55,269 nt of DNA from Nanobdellota archaeon (GTDB taxonomy: Archaea > Nanobdellota > Nanobdellia > Woesearchaeales > GW2011-AR9), in the NCBI GenBank assembly GCA_038045005.1, contig JBBSYZ010000015.1, positions 1-55,269 on the forward strand. Reading direction: 5' to 3'. Numbering within the stretch: position 1 is the first letter of the stretch; each line of letters begins with the position of its first letter. Shown one piece after another: positions 26,179 to 34,840 of this stretch. Position numbers and translations under genes: made by a program. Below the pieces are notes generated by a model. That model was not told the DNA's origin. It made no database searches and saw nothing but the letters and a program-made list of their open reading frames with translations.

Positions 26179-27198
26179 ATGAAAAGAACTCTCCTTTTTA
26201 TGGTACTTTTTTTAATATCGGTTTCATTAGTTGCTGCAGTGGAAGTTTCTACTTCCAAGAATGAATACAGCAGCGGTGAAACTGTTGCCGTAACCATCAG
26301 CGATTGCCAAGGGACGTCGATAGTCAAATTTCTTAATCCCAGCGGCATGTTGGCAGACATCAAAAGCGGGCAGGGCAATTGGCAGACTTCATACAGCACC
26401 TTATCCGATTCTGCAGATGGGAAATATTCTGTAACTGCATCCTGCAGCAATGGAGCAGCGCAGGATAACTTCTGCGTGGATGCTCCCGGATGTTTGGGTT
26501 CAACTGCACCGCCTGCTGCGGGAGAAAATAAAACTAAAAAAAATCAGGCTGAATGCTTATCTGAATGGGATTGTTCGGTCTGGTCTTTCTGCGGTCCAGA
26601 TAAGCTGCAAAAAAGATCTTGCACGGACAGGAATCACTGTAAATCTAATAAACAGGAAACCCGCCCCTGTGCTGCTTGCCAGGAATCTTGGGTTTGCTCA
26701 TTATGGTCTGAATGCCAGTCAGGAACTCAGAGCCGGGCCTGCTACGATGAACATTTCTGTGAAACCGAAACTTATCAACCGGCATTGCAGAAAGGATGCG
26801 CGGTGATGATTCCGCCAGGACCTGAGCCGGACAGAATATCGTTCCAGCTGCCACCGCCATTTACCGGGACTACCCAAGCGCCTAAGAAAGAATCATTCGC
26901 TAATTTATGGGAAAGCTACGGAAATGTAATTATTGGGATTTTGATTGCGGTAGTGCTTGCGGTTTTAGTCATATTGGGATGGTATCATTTCAAGCCTAAA
27001 AAAGTAGCTTATAATATCAACGAGCTGAAAGAGTGGATCAGGAAAGAGAAACAGATGGGCACGTCAGACGGGGATGTCCGTGAAATTTTAAAACATAATA
27101 CCGGATGGACGGATGAAGAGATTGACATCGGCTTTGAAAGTTTGCGCAAGCCGCAGGTAGCCGGCGTTACGCAAAAAGTAAGCCCTTCCAGGAGCTAG
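26179..27198 (+). CDS. Type I membrane protein with two TSP1-like W-S-x-W-S Cys repeats and a small cytoplasmic tail module
   Basis: Signal peptide present. The two repeats are EWDCSVWSFCGPDKLQKRSCTDRNHC and SWVCSLWSECQSGTQSRACYDEHFC. TM is VIIGILIAVVLAVLVILGWY. The tail reads ILKHNTGWTDEEIDIGF. Confidence 0.55.
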   Translation: MKRTLLFMVLFLISVSLVAAVEVSTSKNEYSSGETVAVTISDCQGTSIVKFLNPSGMLADIKSGQGNWQTSYSTLSDSADGKYSVTASCSNGAAQDNFCVDAPGCLGSTAPPAAGENKTKKNQAECLSEWDCSVWSFCGPDKLQKRSCTDRNHCKSNKQETRPCAACQESWVCSLWSECQSGTQSRACYDEHFCETETYQPALQKGCAVMIPPGPEPDRISFQLPPPFTGTTQAPKKESFANLWESYGNVIIGILIAVVLAVLVILGWYHFKPKKVAYNINELKEWIRKEKQMGTSDGDVREILKHNTGWTDEEIDIGFESLRKPQVAGVTQKVSPSRS

Positions 27199-27315
27199 TA
27201 AAATCAGGATACCCATAACCACCAAATATTTTTAAACCTCAATTCTTTTACTTACAGAAAAGCAGCAAATATTTGCAGGACCGAGTTGCTGAAAATATAA
27301 CTTTCATGGTGTTGG

Positions 27316-29502
27316 ATGGATCAGAAAGAATATCAGGATTTATTGGAAAAATATAAGAGCCGGGTCGCCAACGAATTTGGCAGTTCTTCTCTTATTCCTA
27401 AAATAACCACCAAAGAGTATGCTGATTTTAAACAGGAACTTTATCCGGCTCACTATTCGCTGTATGAAAAATTATGCATTTTTGCCGATAACCTGTTCAA
27501 ACTTTCAGTAGATCAGCAGAAAGCGGCGGCGATGCAGAAAAATATTGATCTTTGTCATTTGAATGTCCGGCCTTCCGGCGTCATAGCTTTTTCATTCCTA
27601 TTTCCGCTGGTGACCATTGTGGTCGGCTCTTTGATTACATTTGGGATATTCGGCATGTTTTTCTTTTTGATATTTTTCCTGATGGTCGGGCTGCTGATGA
27701 TTCCGGCGCTGCAGCGCGTTCCCGATTTCATGGCTAATACCTGGCGGATGAAAGCGTCCAACCAGATGGTCCAAAGCATTTTTTACATAGTCACTTATAT
27801 GCGGCACACGTCCAATTTAGAAAGAGCTATAGAATTCGCAGCTGACCACCTTGAACCGCCCTTGTCGTTAGATTTTAGAAAAATACTTTGGGACGTGGAG
27901 ACCGAAAAGTACAGCACTATCCGGGATTCTGCCGACGCTTACCTGCAGGTGTGGAAAGAATGGGACAAAGAATTCGTGGAATCATTCCACCTGATCGAAT
28001 CTTCATTGTTTGAATCGTCGGAAGAAAGGCGGTTAGCTTTATTAGACAAAGCGCTGGACGTCATTCTTACCGGAACTTACGAGACTATGCTTCACTATGC
28101 GCATTCGCTTAAGTCTCCCATCACTATGCTCCATATGCTGGGCATTATTTTACCAATATTGGGGTTAGTGATTCTGCCTTTGGTAGTCAGTTTCATGGGC
28201 AGCGGCGAAGGTTCCAGCCCTTTCGTATCAGCTGTTTATATTTCCGTCCTATATAACGTAAGTCTGCCCATAGGCGTCTATTATCTGGGAAAAACAATTT
28301 TATCCAGGAGACCGGCAGGTTACGGCGCAGTAGATATCGGTGAAAAATCGGGGTTGCAGAAATTCAGGAATGTAGCTATCTCACTTAGCAAAAACATGAC
28401 GGTTTGGGTAAATCCTCTTTATTTCTGCCTGATGGTTTTTATGGCAAGTCTGCTGATCGGTTTCAGCCCGTTAATCATGCATTCTTTTGGCGTGGGTGAT
28501 TTTGCTTTTGACCAAAATAACAATTTAAAGATGCTGGATTACGTCTGTCCTCCGGAGCTGGGGCCGACATGCACCGATGAAGAAAAAATCGGGCCTTATG
28601 GTATCGGCTCTTCGATCTTATCTTTGGTGGTGGTGCTTGGTTTTGGCGTTTCCATAGGATTATTTTTTGCCCTGCGTTCAAAAAACGTCATCAAGATCCG
28701 CCAAAGAACCAGAGAGCTGGAAGATGAATTCTCTTCTGCATTATTTCAGTTAGGCAACCGGTTAGGCGACGGGATTCCGGCAGAAATAGCTTTCGCCAGA
28801 GTTGCCGAGACTATGCGCGGGACGGTGTCTGGAGATTTTTTCGCTCTGGCAGAAAAAAATATCACCAAGCTGGGCATGGGGCTGGAACAGTCATTGTTTG
28901 ATCCTAAAGTCGGCGCAGTAGTGACATTTCCTTCCAATGTCATCGAATCATCCATGAAAGTATTGGTTGAGAGCGCCAGGAAAGGGCCGCGGATCGCTGC
29001 ACAAGCTTTGTTGTCCATGTCCCGCTACATCAAAGAGATTCACCGCGTGGAAGAACGGCTGCAGGATTTGATGGCGGACATAATCTCTTCCATGAAATCG
29101 CAGATTAAGTTTCTTACTCCGGCTATCGCCGGAATTGTCATAGGAATAACTTCCATGATTTCCACGATATTGACTAAGTTAAGCGCGCAGCTCGGCGCTT
29201 TTTCCATGGCGCAGGGATCTGGCGGAACGGCAGGATTCGGCGATCTATTAACCATATTCGGGATAGGGATCCCTACTTTCCACTTCCAGATAATCGTGGG
29301 TATTTATGTGGTCCAGATCGGATATGTTTTGACTATTTTAAGCAACGGCATTGAGAATGGCGCCGACAAATTAGGGGAACGATACGCTTTGGGAAAGAAC
29401 CTGATCAGCAGCACTCTCCTGTACTGCGCGATAGCCGCCATCGTCATACTGCTTTTCAACTTCTTCGCCAGCACTATCATGCAGAGGACGTTTACGGTAT
29501 AG
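27316..29502 (+). CDS. Polytopic membrane protein, FlaJ/TadC-like (two T2SS-F-like repeats) pilus platform candidate
   Basis: 728 aa with many TMs. Two soluble helical repeats resemble T2SSF domains (LERAIEFAADHLEPPLSLDFRKILWDV...; GIPAEIAFARVAETMRGTVSGDFFALAEKNI...ARKGPRIAAQALLSMS). Confidence 0.45.
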   Translation: MDQKEYQDLLEKYKSRVANEFGSSSLIPKITTKEYADFKQELYPAHYSLYEKLCIFADNLFKLSVDQQKAAAMQKNIDLCHLNVRPSGVIAFSFLFPLVTIVVGSLITFGIFGMFFFLIFFLMVGLLMIPALQRVPDFMANTWRMKASNQMVQSIFYIVTYMRHTSNLERAIEFAADHLEPPLSLDFRKILWDVETEKYSTIRDSADAYLQVWKEWDKEFVESFHLIESSLFESSEERRLALLDKALDVILTGTYETMLHYAHSLKSPITMLHMLGIILPILGLVILPLVVSFMGSGEGSSPFVSAVYISVLYNVSLPIGVYYLGKTILSRRPAGYGAVDIGEKSGLQKFRNVAISLSKNMTVWVNPLYFCLMVFMASLLIGFSPLIMHSFGVGDFAFDQNNNLKMLDYVCPPELGPTCTDEEKIGPYGIGSSILSLVVVLGFGVSIGLFFALRSKNVIKIRQRTRELEDEFSSALFQLGNRLGDGIPAEIAFARVAETMRGTVSGDFFALAEKNITKLGMGLEQSLFDPKVGAVVTFPSNVIESSMKVLVESARKGPRIAAQALLSMSRYIKEIHRVEERLQDLMADIISSMKSQIKFLTPAIAGIVIGITSMISTILTKLSAQLGAFSMAQGSGGTAGFGDLLTIFGIGIPTFHFQIIVGIYVVQIGYVLTILSNGIENGADKLGERYALGKNLISSTLLYCAIAAIVILLFNFFASTIMQRTFTV

Positions 29503-29583
29503 AAGAATAATTTCTGCATTTGCATACTTCCTTAAGACACACCAAAAACATTATAAATTAACTCTTAAATTAGGCTTATCTAA

Positions 29584-29676
29584 GGGGCCATAGTTCAGAC
29601 TGGGAGAACACATGGCTGAAGAGTAATGGTTTACTACGAAACCATGACGTCGTGGGTTCAAATCCCACTGGCCCCA
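29584..29676 (+). tRNA. tRNA-Phe (GAA) with 19-nt intron at the canonical 37/38 position
   Basis: Acceptor GGGGCCA/TGGCCCC with discriminator A73. D arm GTTC-AGACTGGGA-GAAC. Anticodon stem CATGG/CCATG with loop CTGAAG^A interrupted by AGTAATGGTTTACTACGAA. T arm GTGGG-TTCAAAT-CCCAC. No encoded CCA. Confidence 0.9.
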
Positions 29677-29778
29677 CATTTTTCTAATGTTTTAATTTTG
29701 ATTAATTCCATCTCCGCAAATTCTATCTCCGTATTTTCTCGGATAACATTTAAATATATTCCATCTCCTCCAACGAAT

Positions 29779-30603
29779 ATGGATGTCGGAGGGCAGGCGG
29801 TAATTGAAGGAGTAATGATGCGCAATAAAGAGAAGTACGCCGTTGCAGTGCGTCTGCCTTCGGGAGAGATAAAAGTCATTAAACAGCAAAGCAGCAAATT
29901 TTCCCCCTGGTTCAATGTGTTCTTTATCCGCGGCGTGGTAGGATTAGGCTATACATTATATGACGGCATCAATGCGTTGGTCTGGAGCAGCAGCCAAAGT
30001 CTCGGAAAAGAAGAGCAGCTGAGCAAAAAAGAGATTGTCGGCACTATCGTCTTATCTTTTCTGGCAGCAATCCTTATTTTTGTAGCGGTTCCGTTCTTCA
30101 CTGCCAGTTGGATTTATGCCGAAGGGATATGGTTTAACGTGTTGGAAGGATTATTTCGTGCGGTTATTTTTGTCGGGTATCTGGCCGCAATTTCATTCCT
30201 GAAAGATGTAAAGGCTCTGTTCCGGTACCACGGAGCTGAACATAAAACTATTTATTGTTATGAGAACAAAAAAGAATTGACGGTCAAAAATGTCAAAAAA
30301 TTTTCCCGTTTCCATCCCCGCTGCGGAACCTCTTTCTTGTTTGTCATCCTGATGTTGTCCATATTTTTGTTCACTTTCATCTCCGGCCCGCTGTGGATGA
30401 AATTTTTAGGGAGGATTGCAGCTCTTCCGATCATCGCCGGAATAGGATATGAATTGATCAAATTAAGCAGCAGACATAGCGGTAATTTTTTAGTAAAACT
30501 GGTTATCGCTCCGGGATTGTGGATGCAGAGAATCACCACTAAAGAACCTACTGATAAGCAGATAGAAGTGGGCATCGCATCGCTGAAAGCGGTGCTGGAA
30601 TGA
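29779..30603 (+). CDS. DUF1385-family membrane protein
   Basis: Start [16 protein letters not shown]. Conserved HGAEHK and [10 protein letters not shown] motifs. The track ORF start at 29626 overlaps the tRNA and is rejected. Confidence 0.7.
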   Translation: MDVGGQAVIEGVMMRNKEKYAVAVRLPSGEIKVIKQQSSKFSPWFNVFFIRGVVGLGYTLYDGINALVWSSSQSLGKEEQLSKKEIVGTIVLSFLAAILIFVAVPFFTASWIYAEGIWFNVLEGLFRAVIFVGYLAAISFLKDVKALFRYHGAEHKTIYCYENKKELTVKNVKKFSRFHPRCGTSFLFVILMLSIFLFTFISGPLWMKFLGRIAALPIIAGIGYELIKLSSRHSGNFLVKLVIAPGLWMQRITTKEPTDKQIEVGIASLKAVLE

Positions 30604-30684
30604 TTCTGTTTTATAGCAACGTTTATATAAAATGCTTGGAAATAATAAGCTAACGTACCAACTATTGTAATCCCCAAACTTAAG

Positions 30685-31035
30685 ATGGTATTGATACACG
30701 ACCAATATATCCAGGATTTAGCGGCGATTCTCAGGTCAAACCCTCAATATTACATCATCAGCACCAACGTTCCTTATGGCCCTTCAAATAGGATTATCGG
30801 GGAAATAGATGTTTTAGCTCTCGGCCATGATTTTTTTGATCTATTCGAAGTGAAGGGAAGCTGCGACCCCGGCAATATGCGTAAAGCAATTTCTCAGCTT
30901 AACATAGCATGGCATATATTAGGCAATAATGGAGATAATTTCATTTACACCCCTAAAAGAGGAATTCAATCTTTAGAAGAAGTCACTCATTATCTTTCCA
31001 GAAAGAAATCGTGGCGTGAGGAAAGGAAAAGGTAA
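30685..31035 (+). CDS. Small PD-(D/E)xK nuclease-fold protein (YraN/Hjc-like)
   Basis: 116 aa. Motifs GEIDVLAL and DLFEVKGS fit the D ... E-x-K pattern. Confidence 0.5.
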   Translation: MVLIHDQYIQDLAAILRSNPQYYIISTNVPYGPSNRIIGEIDVLALGHDFFDLFEVKGSCDPGNMRKAISQLNIAWHILGNNGDNFIYTPKRGIQSLEEVTHYLSRKKSWREERKR

Positions 31036-31045
31036 TTTTCATTGC

Positions 31046-31085
31046 ACTCAAAAAGCCATTGGCTAAAGCCAATGGCTTTTTAGTG
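31046..31085. terminator. Bidirectional terminator-like hairpin between convergent genes
   Basis: CACTCAAAAAGCCATTGGC-TAAA-GCCAATGGCTTTTTAGTG. The stem is flanked by A and T tracts and sits between the 30685-31035 gene (+) and rad50 (-). Confidence 0.6.
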
Positions 31086-31111
31086 TCCTAAAAATGCGCT
31101 TTCCAGCATTT

Positions 31112-33523
31112 TTATGACATTATAGAGCTCACGTGCCCTTCTTTACTGACTTTGATAGTATTCTCCACGAAACTTTCTATCTTTGATTCGTGGGAGACGA
31201 TTATGGTCTGCCGTAAATTTAATTTTTCCATAACCTCGCGCACTTTATCCAGCTGTTCAGTGCTGAATCCGTCCGTGGGTTCGTCTAAAATCAACAGTTC
31301 TTTGGTGTTGATGGTGTGGATGACGTCATTGATCACCTTGTTCAGGGCCAGCCGGTAAGCGAGAGCGGCAGAAGTCTTTTCCCCGCCGCTCAGTTCGAAA
31401 AAAGAGATCTCGTAGCCGTTCTGCTGGATGCAAGGAGCAAAAGAGTCGTCAAGCTGGGCATAGATATTCTCATCGTCGATAAGCATAGAAAACCATTCCT
31501 GAAACAGCAGGCTGAAATGGCGGTGGATATGTATCATTACTTGTTTCTCGATAGTCAACGTCAAAGGCAGGAAATATTCTTCCAGCCAATGGTACAGCTC
31601 CTGCTGGCGGACTAATTTTTGCTGCTCTCCATCCAGGAAAACAATGCGTTCCTGCACTTCCTGGCAATGCCGCTTGGTGCTTTCCTGTCCGGTCTGCAAC
31701 TGCGCCAATTTCACGGCGATATCTTTTTCTTCCTCTATGAGGTTAGAAAAAGTTTCCTTTTTGATTATGATCTCTTTACTTCGATCATTTTTCTGGCAGA
31801 GTTCCATCTCTATCTTTTCCTTGACTCTCCGAAGCTCCAGAAGCCGCAGGTTAGTCTCCTCTTTTTGCCGGGAGCTTTCGGCTAAATTTTTTTCCAAGAT
31901 GAAATGCTGAGATAACAATCGGATCAATTTCTGTTTCTGCTGGGCTTGCGAAGTCAGCTCTTCGATATTATTCTGCTGCAGCAATTCCTGCTGCTTCTGC
32001 ATGGCGGCATTATTTTCCTGTACCAGCAGGCGCAGCTGTTCTTTTTTTTGGACTAATTGTTCTTTCTTTTTATGCAGCTGCTGCAGTTCCGCATCGATCC
32101 TCAATAATATATTCTCTTGAGAAATAATCTCCATAAGATTTTTTTCCCCGCTTTCTTTTTTGAGAAGTATTTCTTTTCTTTTCTTATCGAGTTCTTCCAG
32201 GAGCTGCTGCGCTTTAATCACTTTGGCATCTTCCTGGGAAACTATCTGGTGTTTGTGTTCTTGAGAAACTTGTTGCAGGCAGGTGGGGCAGTTTTCTAAT
32301 CCTGAAATCTTTTCTTGCAGCTCCCTGGATTGGGCCAGCAAAGTCTTATTTTTGATCATCAGGGAAGATGTTTTCTCGTAAAGTTCGTCTATCTCAGCTT
32401 TTTGTTGCAGCAATTCTTTTTTCTTTCCAAGCTCCTGCATGATTTTTTCTTTTGTTTTTTCGTTTTCCTGGCTGCCGGCAATCTCCTGTGAAAGTTCAGC
32501 CATCTGCTGCTGTTTTTGCGCAATCAATTCCCGGAAATGGCTTATCCTGCTTTCCAGCACGGTTTTAGAAGTCAAATATCGGTTTTTTTGTTCTTCCACC
32601 TCCTGCAATTCCTTTTGAATATGTTCCAGGGTAAGATTTTCCGGAAGAGATAGTTGATTAATTTCTTCTTTCAATTGCTGCTGTTTAAGTTCCGTCTGCC
32701 GCAATCTTTTCTGCTGTTCTTCCGCGAGCAGTAAAACCATTTTTAATTCCTGCTGCTCATGGACGAATTCTTTCTGCTGCAATTCCAGTTCTTCCAGCTC
32801 TTGTTTCTGCTGCAGGAATTTTTTCCTGATTTCCGTTTTTAATGGGAGGAGCTCCTGGACGGACCGTTCTGTCTTTTCCAGTTCCAGCAGCAATTGCCGA
32901 TGTTGCATTTTGTATTCCTGCAGCGGCTCTATTTTAGCGTTGAGCGCGGTTACATCTGAACGCGCCTTTTTAAGATAGACCTGCACATTCTCCCGAATAT
33001 TTTTGTAGCGGTCGATGTTGAATATCTTTCGTAGGCCGTCCAGGCGTATTTCGGCGTCTTCATGCAGGATCAGTTTCATCTCTTCCTGCGGAGTGTAGAC
33101 GGTGTAGCGAAAAATATAATTTTTATTTTTGGAAAGAAAATCTTCCGGATATCCCAATAAGGAAAGCATCTCTGCCTTCATTTCTACCGGCATGAGCTCT
33201 TTCTTGACATTATTGATAGTGATATGCCCCGGCATCTGCCGGACGGTATCCTTTTCTTTCTTGAGGTTCCGTTGGATAGTTATTTCCATCCCAGGCAGGA
33301 GAAAAGCCAATTCTACGAATCCTTTCGCCGCTCCTTTCCGCAGCAGGGATTCCGCAGGCAGATCGGGCCGGGAAGCGCCGAATAAAACAAATTCTATGGC
33401 CAGAAGAATGGTCGATTTTCCTGAACCGATGTCGCCGGATAAGAGGGTGGAACCTTCAGGAAAAGAGATACTCTCATCTATGTAGGAACGGATATTCTGT
33501 AAGCGCAGTCTCTGGAGAAACAT
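31112..33523 (-). CDS. rad50: DNA double-strand break repair ATPase Rad50
   Basis: Start MFLQRLRLQNIRSY. Walker A GDIGSGKST. Very long coiled coil with a central zinc hook CPTC. Signature LSGGEKTSAALAY and Walker B ELLILDEPTDG. The track ORF extension to 33610 is rejected. Confidence 0.9.
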   Translation of the reverse strand: MFLQRLRLQNIRSYIDESISFPEGSTLLSGDIGSGKSTILLAIEFVLFGASRPDLPAESLLRKGAAKGFVELAFLLPGMEITIQRNLKKEKDTVRQMPGHITINNVKKELMPVEMKAEMLSLLGYPEDFLSKNKNYIFRYTVYTPQEEMKLILHEDAEIRLDGLRKIFNIDRYKNIRENVQVYLKKARSDVTALNAKIEPLQEYKMQHRQLLLELEKTERSVQELLPLKTEIRKKFLQQKQELEELELQQKEFVHEQQELKMVLLLAEEQQKRLRQTELKQQQLKEEINQLSLPENLTLEHIQKELQEVEEQKNRYLTSKTVLESRISHFRELIAQKQQQMAELSQEIAGSQENEKTKEKIMQELGKKKELLQQKAEIDELYEKTSSLMIKNKTLLAQSRELQEKISGLENCPTCLQQVSQEHKHQIVSQEDAKVIKAQQLLEELDKKRKEILLKKESGEKNLMEIISQENILLRIDAELQQLHKKKEQLVQKKEQLRLLVQENNAAMQKQQELLQQNNIEELTSQAQQKQKLIRLLSQHFILEKNLAESSRQKEETNLRLLELRRVKEKIEMELCQKNDRSKEIIIKKETFSNLIEEEKDIAVKLAQLQTGQESTKRHCQEVQERIVFLDGEQQKLVRQQELYHWLEEYFLPLTLTIEKQVMIHIHRHFSLLFQEWFSMLIDDENIYAQLDDSFAPCIQQNGYEISFFELSGGEKTSAALAYRLALNKVINDVIHTINTKELLILDEPTDGFSTEQLDKVREVMEKLNLRQTIIVSHESKIESFVENTIKVSKEGHVSSIMS

Positions 33524-33579
33524 GGATATTTTATGGTTTTTCTTATTATATAGATTGTTGTGGTGGAAAGAATAGGTTA

Positions 33580-34196
33580 TTAGCAATAAAATTGATAATG
33601 CTTTCTGCATCTGGGCGCATAACTTTCTTTTCCGCCGATTTGGACAACCGGTGAGTCATACGGCGCTACCTGCCCGTCGATGAAGCGCTGCACTCTGGAA
33701 GCATCGCTTCCGCAAATATCTCCTGGTTCGTTTCTCGCGTTGCAGATCGCGGTTAAAATGGATATGGCATCAGCTGCTTTCAGCAGATCGCTCATGTTTT
33801 TCTTACCATCTTTAAATGAAAAATATTCATCCCGGAAATCTTTTAACAGGCCGGCAGCGATAACTATCTTCCCCTGGCCAGCGTATCTTTCGCAGGTTTC
33901 AACGATTGAGCTTTCAAAGAATTGGACTTCATCGATCCCGATTACTTGGGCTGCGGGAGAAACCATATCTTCTAATTCCCGCGCTGAACTTACATAACTT
34001 GCTTCTCTTTGTAATAGGTCATGGGAAGTGATGCTATTTTTCCGTAACGGGTATCTATGCTGGGCCCGAAAACCTGCACTTTCCTACCCAAGATTTCGTG
34101 TCTTTTGATTCTTCTGATAAGCTCAGAGCTTTTTCCTCCGAACATAGTTCCGGCGATAACTTCCAGCCGGGCTCCTTTTTCAGTCATGTTTAACAA
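33580..34196 (-). pseudogene. tdk: Thymidine kinase with a frameshift in a 5-nt homopolymer
   Basis: The N-terminal ORF has the P-loop [11 protein letters not shown] and SIDTRYGK. The C-terminal ORF has IGIDEVQFF and the Zn-ribbon Cys CNA...C(G)...PRC. The two frames join through a -1 shift at GGAAAAATAGC (plus-strand T-run 34037-34041), giving ...[14 protein letters not shown]... Confidence 0.8.
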
Positions 34197-34269
34197 AGAA
34201 AACCGGCCGTTTAAATAATTTTATAATTGTCAGGAAGTAGTTAAATATTTTCAAAAAATATTGGCTTAA

Positions 34270-34833
34270 TCATCCCTTCTGGTCGTCAAAATACTTGTAT
34301 ATCGGCTGTTGTTCTTTGACGTTCACTTCGTTATTCGCCTGCCTCGCCAGCATGAAAAACAGATCGCTCAGCCTATTGACATATTTCAACAGTTCCGGGC
34401 TAAGTTCTGTCAGGTTTTTGGCTTTCACCAAGTTCCGTTCCGCTCTTCTGATAGTAGTCCTGCAGAGATGCAGGAAAGCGCTTGCCGGGGTGCCTCCGGG
34501 AAGTATGAATTTTGTCGGAAGGCCGATTTTCTGTTCGATCTGGTCGATCGCTTTCTCGATCTCTTCGACGTGGATTTCTGAGATCACCGGCCGCGATTTT
34601 TTTTCTGATGCGCTTCCGGCCAGATCCGCTCCGGCCTGAAATAAGTCGTGCTGTATCTTGGTCAGGATTTCCTGCAGTCCTTTATCTTCTACCATGCAGA
34701 TGGTGATGCCCACGATGGAATTTACTTCATCCAATGCGCCGAGAGCTTCGATGCGCGGATCGTCTTTTTCTACCATGCCGCAGCCTAATAAATTAGTTTT
34801 TCCCCGGTCGCCAGCTTTAGTGTACACGCCCAT
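34270..34833 (-). CDS. pduO: ATP:cob(I)alamin adenosyltransferase, PduO type
   Basis: TKAGDRGKTNL at the N-terminus, FILPGG, and RTTIRRAER ... NRLSDLFFMLAR. Confidence 0.85.
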   Translation of the reverse strand: MGVYTKAGDRGKTNLLGCGMVEKDDPRIEALGALDEVNSIVGITICMVEDKGLQEILTKIQHDLFQAGADLAGSASEKKSRPVISEIHVEEIEKAIDQIEQKIGLPTKFILPGGTPASAFLHLCRTTIRRAERNLVKAKNLTELSPELLKYVNRLSDLFFMLARQANNEVNVKEQQPIYKYFDDQKG

Positions 34834-34840
34834 GCTCTGC

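Noticed and set aside
29626-29778. N-terminal extension of the DUF1385 ORF.
   Set aside because: It overlaps tRNA-Phe (29584-29676). The family-typical start [15 protein letters not shown] is at 29779.
33524-33610. Upstream extension of the rad50 ORF overlapping the tdk 3' end.
   Set aside because: The canonical Rad50 N-terminus (MFLQRLRLQNIRSY ... GSGKST) begins at the internal Met at 33523.
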